From Gordius albopunctatus (lineage: Eukaryota): a DNA stretch of 64,000 nucleotides. A program made the position numbers and the translations under genes. This document shows positions 26,714-40,200 of the stretch, in pieces. Below the pieces are notes generated by a model. That model did not search any database. It saw only the letters and a list, made by a program, of their open reading frames with translations, and had not been told where the DNA came from. Each line of letters starts with the position of its first letter. Within the stretch, counting starts at the first letter, position 1. The DNA is taken from NCBI GenBank assembly GCA_964276515.1, contig OZ193909.1, forward strand, positions 2,356,001 through 2,420,000, written 5' to 3'.

Positions 26714-27290
26714 TAATTGCTAAGCAATTTATCGGCTCACTTTCCATTTCCGAATGTCTTGTCACGCTTTTCGTTTTATTAACTCGTCTGTGGGTTCGAA
26801 TCCCGGCGAGGGCTTGGCCCTCCGTTAGCTGCTGACCAATGGAAAAAGATGACCATTGGCCAAAGTGTGAATCGGAATTTGCGAAAGTGCGAATACAAAT
26901 TTTTTAAAAATCTTTTTAAATTAATATATTACTTTTTTTTGTTAATACCATTGATCATATGGCTTTTTGGCCGTTCGCTGGCTGCTGACCAAAGAAAAAA
27001 ATGACCATTGGCCAAAATGTGAATCGAATTTCGAATCAATCTAGCGTTGGGATTATGTTTTACTTACTCTTTAGCCTCGTTTGTTCCCATCTATGATTTT
27101 TGTATAATTACTGTAAATCTACAAGCTAAAAGCGCATGAACTTTAGCTTTTTGCCCGTCATATTATTTGTTATGCAATTATGACGATTCCAACATAAATT
27201 GCATAGCAAATATGCTTTGTTTATACGAAGTATAAAAGAGTAATCGATGTGTATGAAGTTACGCCTGAAGGGCGTATTTCCTCTAATATA
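26714..27290 (+). mobile_element. Non-autonomous Helentron (HINE/DINE-1-like), subfamily A
   Basis: 5' subTIR TAATTGCTA(A)GCAATTTAT, inverted 3' subTIR ATAAATTGCATAGCAAATA (27194-27212), then 3' hairpin TACGCC-TGAAG-GGCGTA (27260-27276). Confidence 0.75.
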
Positions 27291-28727
27291 ACGTATAAGT
27301 CCAAGTTTATGTTCAAAAAAATCTAATTTATATAATACTTCCAAGCTCACTTTAAGTACAGAGATTTTCCCGACCCAAACTCCTATAACGCCATACTAGT
27401 CACCAGATCTATTTCAAATAAACTACAGTATAGCAAGAAATTTGATCATTAAGTGGCAGGGTATTACCCTGTATTATTTTTAATTACAATGTAATTATTG
27501 CTATACAACTTTTAGACGACCTTCTCCCTCCTAGAAAAACTTTCGTCAAGTTACGACTAGTGTCGTAAAAACGGTTCGGTTTTGTTTGCTCTTTGACTAA
27601 GCCTATAAGCTGGGCTGACTAAGAAAGACAGACCAACTTTGTTCTCTTCATTTTCGGTGGATACAGTCGTTTTGCAACAATAGTCTATATTACCCTGATT
27701 TACAAAAATGGGGTTTTGAAAAGACTTATTCCAAGGTTATCCTTTATAAAATCAAATGAATGCTAAGCGTTCAAGATTTTTGTATATTTAGATGACCACA
27801 CAACGTGTCCTTGATTTTTATCTTTGGAAATTGAAAGAGCCAATTAGGATGCAATAAGCCCCGCCGAATTTAGGAAATTTGATTAGTTAGCATTTCATAC
27901 ACAAATTTTGAATTTTATTAATAAATATAAAAATTTATTAATTATTACTTTAAATTAGAAAAGCTACTTTAATATGTTGGATAAAAGTAGTCATTACATA
28001 GTAAATATAATTAAATATGAGCGATTTGTTAAAAAATAATATAGCACAAAATGCAAAATGAAGGAGGTTATTAAATTTAATATACGGACGAAGACCATCT
28101 ATGCCCGTGCTTTGGGCTTTAAGGTCTGTCCGCGGTTCTGGCCGGCCCGTGCAGATCTTTAGTCTTTGTATGGCCGTTCCAAAATTGGAATAATTAAGAG
28201 AGGATTAACTTACAGATAGACTGAATTTTACGAATTTTTAATTGTAATTTAATTTGCTTATATTTCCTTATGGAATTAAAATATTAACAAATTTTAGACT
28301 TTTATACCAATTAAAAAGGCTAAGCAGAGCCCAAGAATTGCTTAGAAATTAAAAATCGATAAGTTTTTTTGGGAAATATTCCCTGTTCATTTGCCTTACT
28401 TCGTCATATCAAAAATTATTTTAATTTTAAAATGTAGGCATTCAAAAAAATTTATTTTACGCCGTCGTCCCCTCAAATTTTTTTTTGCCTCGAACTGATT
28501 TTTATCGCCCAAAATTCAAGAAAATTGTATTGCTTCGCCACCCCTTGCTTTTTCAATCTAAAGTTTCTGATATTTCAATTTTTTCTCCTCAGCTATAAAA
28601 AATAAACATTAATTATTATTTTTAATAGTTTAAAATTTTTGTGTACAATTAATTGCTATGCAATTTATATTTTAACCTGTGTTTTTTTTTTAGAAATTAC
28701 AAGCAAAATTTCTGAGCGCGTGTCTTG

Positions 28728-31700
28728 ATGAGCAAAGCTCTTTTGACGGAAATTGAAAAGGAATATGGTATGGAGAATCATAAAAATAATTTTATTATTT
28801 TAAAATTAAGTTTCTTTTTAAAATTCTATGATAATTTTAATATTAATATTTATAAAAATAGCACTTGTCAACAAATAATGTACTTAAAAAATCAAGCGAC
28901 AAGCTGTTTGCAGATTCTGGTAGAGTTTTTTATTATGAACACAAATATATTTTTTGTTTTTTCTCTATATATTTATGAATCAAATTTATTAAATTAAAAT
29001 TTTCCCCATTAATTTTGAAAACGCCAAAATCGCTGTTTTTAGCAACTTTGATAGTAAATATTTCAAAAACTTGGCATGGGAGGGAATTCACCGCTAAAAC
29101 TACCATATTCTGCAAAGAGTTTGACGGTCGATTTTTATTTTTGAACGATGTATCAATCTAAATATTTGTGTTGATAATCATAATTATATATGATTAAATT
29201 ATTTTTATACCAAGAGGTTCCTTTCAAAAAAAGAAATATATCAATCAAAAATAACGAAAAACCCAATGTAGACTATGAGATCTTAGAAGAAATTGGCAAG
29301 TAAAAACCCTTTTGTATGCAATTTATTATAGGTTATTTCGTATTAATTGTTTTTATATCAAAATATTTCGGAATGATTAAATAATGAGATTACTATTTTT
29401 TCTGAATTTTTCTCTAATATGATTTAATTTTTTGCAGTTTGAATGTTTCTTTTAAAGATGCAAGAATTGACATTAATATTAGAAAAATACACAAAATACA
29501 AGAAAAAGCGACAATGAACATAAATAAACTTTTGGGATAACCGCCCACCCCCAGCTACTGACTTTTGGCCCCTTGTCTTCGTTGTTTATAAAAATAGAAT
29601 TTTATGTTTTATTTAAGTTTCCAAAAAAAAAATGTTATTTTTTATTTATTGGGCAAAGGGGTAAATTTGGAACGGTATATAAATGTAAGGAGAAAAAGAC
29701 GAATCAATGGTTGGCCTGCAAACAAATAAATGTGGCCAGTGCTCAGGTCAAGAAAGAGGTAGAAAATGAAATAGACATTATGAAATGCCTACAGCACAGG
29801 CGCTTGCTACAGCTATACGACGCCTACTCTTATGGAAAAGAAATGGTACTCATATTAGAATTGTAAGTTTCTTCATTCATATACTACTTTTTTGGCAAAC
29901 AATTTATGGGCTGCTCCTGTTCGATCCTGTCTAAGGGCTTGTCTTAATATCGGATTCAGATTCAAACGGCGCGAATTTATCTTTATCAAATATCCGGTTC
30001 AATTTCACGTGTCAAACTCGATTGTAATTATTAATATTTTGTTTTTTGATAGTCAAAACCGTTTTTTTATTTATTTCAATTCTTGAGATTTATCGCTGTT
30101 ATATAATGCGTCTGAAATGAAAATCTGGTGTGAATTCGAAGTTTAGACGCGACTATGTTATAACCCATACAACGATTTTTGCTGCGCAGCAAAATCCGAT
30201 ATTAAGACAAGCCCTAACTTGTGTGACTTTTTGATAATAATTGCTGTGAAAACTTAAAGGATTTTTATGGCTGAGCGAGGATTATGCTTTTTTTTATTTT
30301 GCTCTCGCATCAAGACTAGCTAATGATGACGACTGTTTTAGATGCTATGCACTCCGTCCTCTCCAACTTTTTAATTTATAAAGGAAAAGAGAATTCTGGC
30401 TACATTTTTACCTACAAACGAAGAATGACCGTTGTTTGAATTTAATATGTCTGACCCAGATCCCCGGCCAATATTTTGTTTTTGAGCCCGACTAGAGCTC
30501 GTTCCGACATCATTTGTAAATCTGAACTTATTTTATTTTTGAAGCTTCTCTAACTTGTTTGTTCATAATGGAAAACCATGATTCTGGCTAAATTCTTGCC
30601 TAAAGAATAAACGATGACCGCTGTTTGAACATATTTATCTCACCAAGGTCCGTGGCTAAAGTTGTTATTTATATTTTTGTAAATCTCAATTGAATATTTG
30701 TAAAGCTAGTGCAACTTGTTGATTTATAGCAATGGATTCTAGATTCTGACTAAAGGTTTCCCAAAAATAATAAATGACGCCTGTTTAAATTTAATTTTTT
30801 TGACCTTTGGTCTACTAGGCTAAAATCCATTTTATTTTTAGGTTTCCTCAATTGAATTTTCGTAGATTGATCAACTTCATGGTTTTCTATTTAATTCCTC
30901 ATAATTAATTAATGAAATTTAGCATTCAAAACATCATATTATGATTGATTGTAAATGGGAAAAATATTGTTCTTACATATCATTTGCATCTATATTCGAG
31001 TTCATTTATTGATTTGGTGTTAGAATTACGGGTGGCGAATTATTTGAACGGGTCATAGATGACGAATTTATACTTACAGAACGCTCTTGCGTCCTCTTCA
31101 TGAGGCAAATATGTGAGGGTGTGGATTTCATGCATTCTATGAATATACTTCATCTCGACTTAAAAGTATCATATTAATATTTGTGATTTTTTTTCGTACA
31201 AAAAATTAGCAATAAATTAAATAATTGAGAATCAGAGTAAAACTTGGCAATGAGACAAAAAATAATTAGCATAAAAATTAGTAATTGAATGTTTTTATTA
31301 TATTCCTGTTTGAATTTATCATTTCTGAACTATATACTTCTGAAAAGAACCTAGAAAATAAGCCCTGTTTAAACTGTGCTATAAATGCACTTAGATACAT
31401 AACCCTCAAAATTTGATAATTTCAGTATCTTAAGCAATTTAAAACGCAGATGTAGATATTTCTAACAAATAATCAACTGACCTGTTTTGTTATTAAATAA
31501 TTTTAAATTTTTTAGCCCGAAAATATATTGTGCATATCACAAACTGGGAATCAAATCAAAATAATTGATTTTGGAATGGCTCGGAGGATAAAACCCAACG
31601 AAGAAATAAAAGTCATGTTCGGAACACCGGAGTTTGTAGCCCCAGAAGTTATTAATTACGAAAAAATTGGCAAAGGAACTGATATGTGGAGCTTGGGTGT

Positions 31701-33553
31701 CATTACTTATGTCTTGTAAATTTCATACTTTTTAATTTTATAAATATTTGAAATTTTTTTTACTGATTATTATAACGTTTTAGTTAAGTTTTATATTATA
31801 TAAATAAAATATATATAGGCCAACTCTAGAAAAAATCTCCCCTTATTTTCCTCATGTTTCTATAATAATGAAATGAATCAAACCTTCTGAACTATGTTTA
31901 AAAAAATTTCGATTGGGATTAAGAAAACAAAGTTTGGATAGAAATGCACGAAAAAGTGGTGTAAAATGGACGGATTTCATCAAACATTTTACTAATAAGA
32001 GAACTGATAGCAGATATATATATTGTTTTTTATATACAGCAAAATACAAAAATCTATGATATTATTAATTTTATTTTCTTTTATGTACTTTGTTTTTATT
32101 TTTTGTAATTAATTTCCCTCACTTACAAATACAATATTTACATAATTATTTTAAAATATTTTTAGACTTTCTGGTTTATCCCCATTTATGGGTGAGAACG
32201 AACCCGAAACACTTTCCAATGTAACCAAAAATGAATGGGATTTTGAAGATGAAAGTTTCGATGAAATTTCTGACAATGCCAAAAAATTTATATCCAAGCT
32301 ATTAATCAAAGATCAAAGGTGCTCAAATTTTATTTCTTTAACTTCTTTATATTTTATTAAAAAAATCAGAAAGAATATTAAGTAATTTAACTTTTTCAAA
32401 TCTTTAAATTTTTTAGTCGTTCTTCCCCCAAATATTAATTTTTTCCAGTTATTATAAAAAATTTTCCAATTTTTAAAATTTTAATATTTTAAAAAATCGA
32501 CATAAATAAAACCTTTGGTGTGCTATTTAATATTTTATGTGATTATACTTGACCAAAGGATTTATAAATGTTTCCAATATTTCACATTTAAATTGAGTTT
32601 TTTCAAATTTTTAGAAAACGTATGACAGCGACCGAATGTCTAAAGCATCCTTGGTTAACGGTATACACATATTTCATTTATTAATATTTATAATATATCA
32701 TTTCAAAAATTTTTAGTAAAATTAATTATTAAAAAATGCTATATTTTTATAATTAGCCAAAATAAATCTGATCTCGATATTTTAATTTAGTATTTTTAAA
32801 TTAATAAGAGGCCCGAATTAAATTAAAAATTATCAATTGCTACAAATTTGAATTTTTCATGTTTGCTCGTCATTTTTTATTTAGTGTAAGCTTGCCCACT
32901 AATTAGATCATTAGTTTTGGATTCCACTTAAAAGTTTTTATTTAACAATCTTTTTGATTGCTTGGAGGGTTCCATCTCAAAGAAAATAGCTTTTTGATTT
33001 AATTTCATTACGCAACTATTAAAATCAAATAAATTGACCAAGTGATCAATAATTATAAAATTTCAATGATATTAAAATATCCGAATTACGATGATATTTT
33101 GAAATGCAACTTAATCATTCTTAATTTCTTTTGTGTTTACTTAATCAAATTATCTATTTTTGAAATTGAAACACCCTCCACATATTTAATTTTTGAGTAT
33201 TCGAATGCTGTTAATTTTTATATTTATATTACAATGAAAGCAAAATGTTTTATGTGATCTGATAGGGTATTTAATATAACGATTTTTTTAAGATGACCCA
33301 AGCCGAAAAAGCCTTATCTAAAGGAAACCTCAAGAAGTATGTCATTCGACATAAATGGAATGTAAGTATTCAAAATTCAATCATTGGTTAATTAATAAAT
33401 TTTATTTGCAATTTTTTTAATTTAAGAATATTTACTAATAAAATTTAACAATGACATACTTGAAACAGATTTTATATAGTTTTGATTAATTTTATTTAGA
33501 AAGCGAAAAATGCTTTTTTAGCGCTCAAAAGAATGGGAGCTCACATCAAATAA
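28728..33553 (+). CDS. Short myosin light chain kinase-like Ser/Thr kinase (MLCK/sqa type) with C-terminal calmodulin-binding segment, 9 coding exons
   Basis: Exons 28728-28767, 29215-29299, 29659-29862, 31024-31165, 31516-31715, 32166-32318, 32615-32660, 33293-33361, 33500-33553. Motifs GKGKFG, LACK, GGELFERVIDDEF, HLDLKPENILC, IIDFG, MFGTPEFVAPE, LLSGLSPFMG. Tail LKKYVIRHKWNKAKNAFLALKRM resembles the MLCK CaM-binding helix. An in-frame TGA lies just upstream of ATG 28728. Confidence 0.92.
28862..29152. mobile_element. Foldback Tc1-type MITE, diverged copy of 49811-50102
   Basis: Shares gcagattctggtagagttt...gaacacaaatat and the central aaaatcgc palindrome. Confidence 0.75.
30350..30885 (+). 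repeat. Three diverged 160-190 bp tandem units, probably the interior of a HINE
   Basis: attctg(g/a)cta...atgac(c)g(c/t)tgtttgaa recurs at about 30392, 30581 and 30743. Related sequence follows the HINE 5' end at 20100-20400 and occurs at 38280-38560. Confidence 0.6.
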
Positions 33554-34257
33554 CAATCGTCTGCTTTGCGCTCTTCAGCTGATATAATTTGTAAAACGCG
33601 CACGCACAAATCGTCATTAAAACGCGATATTGCATATTTATATATTTATTTCGGAAAATATCGAAAATTATAAAATGTACATAATCGACAAATTGTTACA
33701 GACTCGCCCAAAAAAATCTGTCTATTTTTTTTATAATGAAGTTATAATTGTTGACGTTATTTGTTATACTATACCACATAATCAAAGTCTATTTAACCCT
33801 ATTACTTCAGATGTTAAATGAATAAAACTGTTTACTAAATGTCGGAAAAACAATATTTCTTACAGGTGGGGGTATAAATGTTTTAAAAATACTTATGGGT
33901 GCGGCTTATTAAAAAATACCTGATTAGAAATACTTTAATTTACGAATAGATAGTTAACAATAAGAAACTCTTAATTTATATATAATAAATGAATACTGAT
34001 ATAGAGAGCCCAGCGTTATGGAATTTCATTATTTGGTTCAGTTGTACCTAGAGACCTGCATGGCCGCCGGCCCGCGGGCCAGCCTTTGACGGGCTTCTGA
34101 TTTATATTAAAACAACTAGCTGGGCCCGGACGGGCCCTAATATAACCTAGCGCATAAGGCCGGAACTTGGATTATAAACACTTAATATTTTATTCGTAAA
34201 CACTAACCATGGTATGTCTAACAATTAACGTGTCTTTTATATAATTTTCAAGTGTTT

Positions 34258-37200
34258 TCAAACGCTCACAGTTGACAATTTGCCTCCAAATTTTTTCCTA
34301 ATCCTATCCGAAACTCTTTTAAAAGAAATAAGATTGCTACTAATAGTTTCTTTTTCCGGTACTGCATTTTGTACACTTTCAACTGGCAACAAAATGTCGA
34401 CAGAGCAGGCGGCCATTTTATTAACATTTTTCGTTCCCAAATTTTCGATTTTATTTTCGACAATATCCGCCATTTTTACTGTCGATTGTCTCTTTTCTAC
34501 AACTTCGATACCAGCTGATATGCGTTCCAAAGTGACTAAATTGTAAGTAATCAAATCTCCATTTTTATCTCTCTCCCCCACTAACCAATACGTATTCATG
34601 ACTCCTTTTCCCTATTATAACAAAAATTTAATTCAATTTTTTTGAATTTTTAAAACTGAAAAATAAATTAAATAATTTCTTGCCACGCACAGGTTTTTTA
34701 AACGATATTAAATTTTTTTTAAAATGGATTGTTATATAGGGGGGGGGGCATTTGTTCTTTCATGCCACCCCATTGCTGCCCAAGGATTTATTGAAAACAT
34801 TATTCAAATATTATTTCGCTCCGCGAGAAGAATAAAATAGCGGAACATTAAAAAACTTCAAGTTGGGGTTTTAACGAGTTTAAGTCATCGGTCAAGAAAT
34901 TTAGAAAACTTATCTCTACATAAAAATATTGAGTAAGGAAATTTAACAATAATTGTTTAAAAATTAAAAAACCTTGCAGTATAACCTTTCCTCAGTTTTA
35001 ATTATTATTTTTAATTAAACGATAAAATTTAAGATCATATAAATACATGTGCAAAATATAATTAAAATTAGATATTTTTGAGAGGTTTTAATAGTTTTTA
35101 GTACTTTCATTTGTATTTCGCCACGATATTGTAACTCGAATGTCCCGAAATTGTCTAACAAAGTCTTGGTGTAGGGACTCACGTGTATTTTCAAGGCTAA
35201 AAATAGGATATAATACAAAAGCTTTCAATTCTAAAATTTTAAAGTTTTTCGTTAAATAAACATTAAATTATAAATAAATAATTAAATTATTTTTAATTAT
35301 ATAAATATTTTAAGTTTTTTGTTAAAATACCTTGACCATTGGATTCCATCCTAGATGACGTATTTACCGTATCTCCAAATAAACAATATCTCGGCATTTT
35401 TAATCCAACCACTCCTGCTGCTACCGGGCCTATTATAAAAAATAAATATTTACTTTTATTCAAAATTTTACACAAATTAAATAGACAATATAAAAAATTT
35501 ACATAAAATAGCTTTTTAAAATAAGAAAAAATTAAAATTTAAAATAAAGAGCATTCCTAAAATTAAATAAAATAATGGATTTTAAATAACTTTTATTTTA
35601 GTTTTTTTATGTAAATATACTAATCATATATTAATTTTATAAAGTACATTTTTTGTGAAGATTAGGGAAAAGAAGAAATAAGTTAAAAATTATAAATATT
35701 TGTTAGTATAATTTTGAAATTAAATATAATTTTTTGACCCGAGTGCATGCCGATTCTCAATTTGACTTCTTGACCTGGTGCGTGTCTAATTGTAGAATTT
35801 TTAATGGCTTCCAGAAGAGCTAAAGACATTCTAGCAATTTCTCTAGCATGATCTGTTCCATTTTGAACTGGTGCACCTGATACTACCATATATGAATCTC
35901 CTATCGTTTCAACCTTTTAAATTTAAAATGTTTAAAAAATTTAAAATTAAAAAATTAATAAAAACAGTTTTTTTGTTAAATTTACTTCCAAATATTTAAC
36001 AAAAATTAATTTCATATAAGAGTGGTTTCTTGAAAGGCTATTTTAAGATGTAAACTTACAAAATAATAGCTTCTAGCGAAGATTTAATAACTTAATATAG
36101 TTTATTGTCTTGTTTAGTTATGAAATAAGCCTTTTTTATAACATATAAAAATTATAGAAAAATTTATACAAAAAAGGTGATTTTATTAGTTAGTATACCT
36201 TATAAACGTCAAAGTAGGGAATAATGTTGTCCATGCAAGTGTATAGATCATTAAGAAAAGTGACCACCTTTCAAATGTAAAAAACAAATAAAATAAAAAA
36301 ACTTTTTGAAATTTTTTTAAGAGTTATTGAGAATAATTTTTTAAATTAATTATGATTAAACTTCAAATGGAGTAGATTCTGAAGCCATTGTAGCAAAACC
36401 CACTATATCGCTAAAGAATATTGTTACACTGTCATATGCCTCTGGTTCTATAGAATGGCCTAATTTTAATTTTTCCGCAATAGGCCTAACAATAAAAAAC
36501 AGAATTTATATTAAAATTTAATAAAATATAGCTAAAAAAATAATAAAAATAAAAATTATTGATCAAAATTATTAAATAATTTTTGGGAGTAAAGGTTTAT
36601 TATAAAAATTGATAAAGTAATGGTCTTATATTTTTTTTATTAATTTTTTTTATAAATTTTGTTAAAATTTTCAGAATTGAATAACTTTGGCATAATTTGG
36701 TATAACAGATCGTCTGCTTTTTTCTTTTGTTCCAAATAGGCTCCGGTTCTTTCCTCCACGAGGGACTCTAAATTATTCGTGTACATTTCCATTCGATTAA
36801 GAAGATTATCCACAACATTTTCTTCTTTTCCTCTAAAATTTATAATTTCTTATTTTCAAACTTTTTTATTCAAAAAAAGCTAATAATTCTGAATTAATAG
36901 AATTATAAATCCTATAAGTAAGGTTTATAAACTATTTTTTGTGAAATTTCTATGCTATTTTATCGTTTCTTTTGGAATATATATATATATATTAATTAAC
37001 CATATTGTATTCTTTATAAAATGTTTTTATGAATTGAGTATGAAGCAAAAGAATTGTATTTTCGATCCATACTTTATTAACTTAAAATTGTAGAAATTTG
37101 ATTATTAATATCTAAATTTTGTGTTCTATGAGGAGTTTATTTTGCCATAGCCTACATGTCTTGCCTAGCCAAAAGTGCTTGCGATGTTTAAAAAAAATAA

Positions 37201-40200
37201 TAACATTAATAGTTTAAAATTAAATTTATCAATGTGACGGTAATTAGTCCAAACTCCTTATCCCTTTCCTGACTATACCCATGGCAACATATTTTAACAA
37301 AATCACATTAAGAAATTTATTTCTTCCGTTATTTAAATTAGCTTAACAAAATTAAATTTATGAAAAAGTAATTGTTTAAATACAAAAATTGGAGCATTTA
37401 AGTGTGAAATAGTTGAATACTTGTTCATTTTCATCAAAAAATTTCTTATTTGTTGAAATGTTGGTCTATATTCAGCACTTTCTGCCCAGCAATTTTGTAT
37501 CAAGGTCAGAAGTTCTTTCGGTGTGTCTACAGAACCCTCCAATAATGGTCTGAAAGGAATTTCGTAACCACCTTTAACTTTCTCGATAATGGCTAATTGG
37601 GAAAAATATTAAATTTTATTATACTAAATAGATTGGTTATTCTTGTGCTTTTTACTTTAATTGTGTAAAATGCAACACTCAAAATACAATTTTGAATCTT
37701 TGTGTTTTTTAAAGGGAAAATCTTTAGAAAAAATATGGAAATTATAAGGGAAAGCACTAAAAATGGATTCACATATAGTTATAAAAAACTGTGAGCTCAA
37801 AGGAAAAGAAAAAAAAGTGTGTTCTTATGGTTTATATCTATTGAAGAATATTAGTCAGAAAATTTAATCGTTTTTTTTGTTAAAATTGAGTTTGAAAACA
37901 AAATTTACAAAAATTTTAAATCCGTCCGTTTATGTTTTCACAATATTTTAATGTGCTACATATTTTGACAAACAAATTAAGTAAAAAAGAAATTTTATTA
38001 TAAAAAAGAATTATATTTTACTAATTTATAGATAAAAATGGGTCGAATGGAAACCTATATAAATTTAACCTTACTTAGGATATTAAAACGATAGGGCTAC
38101 ACTTGCCCCGCTAACCCTTTTGAAATGCAAAATATAAGTCATCACTAATAAATGTTTAAACTTCAGTTATCTCAAAATTTTATCAACGTTTAACTGTCCG
38201 AAAAACAACGTTTTTTTACCTCTATTTAAGCTCTTAAAATCATTTTATTTATAACATCCCGTTTTCGCTTGTCCGTCCTTCTATCCTGTCCGTACTGTCC
38301 AACTCCTAATTTTTCAATAAGTGCCGCGGAAAATTATACTGTGTAAAAAACATTTACTTTGCTTTCGCAAATAGACTAGCTAAGGACCGCTGGTTGACTT
38401 AAACTTTTTAGAACTGGCCCGAGCCAAAATTCCATTTTTGTTTTTGTGCCCGCACTAATTATTACCTCTATATATAAATTTATTTAGGCAAATTGTCTAG
38501 GTACTTAATTGTCTATAGTATCACAAATAATTACGAGGATGACAATAATCCCTAACCTCGTTAGAAACTAGTATAAAAATGTGTGGCTGACTTTGAAAAT
38601 ATTCCAGATTTTAAAGATGTAAGAAAATATTTAATATTTTGTTTTTTGAGCCATACCTCTGGGTTGTGTAATACAACTGGCTCGCGCATTATGATCAGAT
38701 GACACTTGATAAGGGGGACATCTTAATAGAATTTCTTGTAATATTATAGCAAAACTATATACATCCCCCTTCTGACTCCCTTGACTGCTCCACGACATTC
38801 TCAATAACTCTGGTGCCACGTATAACCTTTCTAAATTTAGAAATATATAGTTTAATACAGAAAACGTTTTATTCAAAAAAATTTTAAAATTTTTCAAAAT
38901 GTTTGTTTGAGTAATTAATAACTTCTAGCCTGAATTTAGTCCCGACACAAATCTTAATTATTTTTATATCAATAAATTAAATATTTATCTTTCATTTTTC
39001 CCAAATTCGTTGATACCAAAAAACGTCATACAAAAACTCGTAGCTCTGCAAGCATTTTATTTAAAAATACAGATTTTAGCTTTTGATGCTATATTCTGAC
39101 ACAATATACAGTTTAATCTTAAAAAATGTAGGTAGCCATGGATTAGAGAGTGACAATAAAATATTTAACTAAATTCTCATGGCGAAATAATGATTTAAAG
39201 ACATTAGTTTGGAATTTCAAAAATTGCTGTATTAACGGCACTAGCTTGAACACATAGACTGTTCATGCCATATGTTGTTTCATTGTTAAAATGTGTGCCT
39301 TTTTGAAAAAACTATCTCCCATGATGACTTTCTGCATGTACCTTATTGTTAAAACAAAAAAAGTGAATTTACCTTCCTCATTAAGAATGTTAATAATGAA
39401 GGATTATTTAAGAATATGCAGATGACATTAAATTTCTTTAACATCACATCGACACAGATTTCTATTTTTGGTTTTTATGAATTTTGTAAATGATATATTT
39501 ATTTTAAAATGTTGTTTATAATTTACGCTTTAAAAATACTTTAACTAACCAAAATTACTATCGTCTGCCAATTTTAAATGGCGGAAAAACGGTTCACTTA
39601 TTTAAAGTAGATGAGCAGTCCATCTAGTCTATGCTTGAAACTTAATTAACACCACGGGTATAATATAATAAAAATTACAATTATTAAAACTAAAAACTTT
39701 GGGTTTACTTTCAAAATATTCGTAACTTTCTGTATTATCCTCTATTTCGTGGCTCCTTATATAATGTAATCCATAACCCGAGATTTTGATTGAAAATCGG
39801 GAATCAATAAAGCACTGAGAAGATCTTAAATCGCCGTGAAATTTGATTGGAGTTGAATGGAGGTAAGTCATTCCCTGAAACATATTATACAAACATAGGA
39901 GGCTAGATAGACTGTTCATCAACTTTAAATAAGCGTATACCATTTTTTCGGCCATTTTGAAATGTGCGCAAACATGTAGATTATAGTAATTTTGAGTAAT
40001 TAAAGTGTTTTCATAAAGTAATTGAGAAGTAGTTGAATATTAAAAATAGCATTTTTAAATATATTTCATTTACAAAAGTCATTTAGCAATTTAGTGACAT
40101 GTAGTACATTATATTAAATAATCATTTCTTTTATATTTAGTAACTAATGAGAAAAGTAAATTCACTTTTTATATTTTAACAATGGGGGACTACACTGCAG

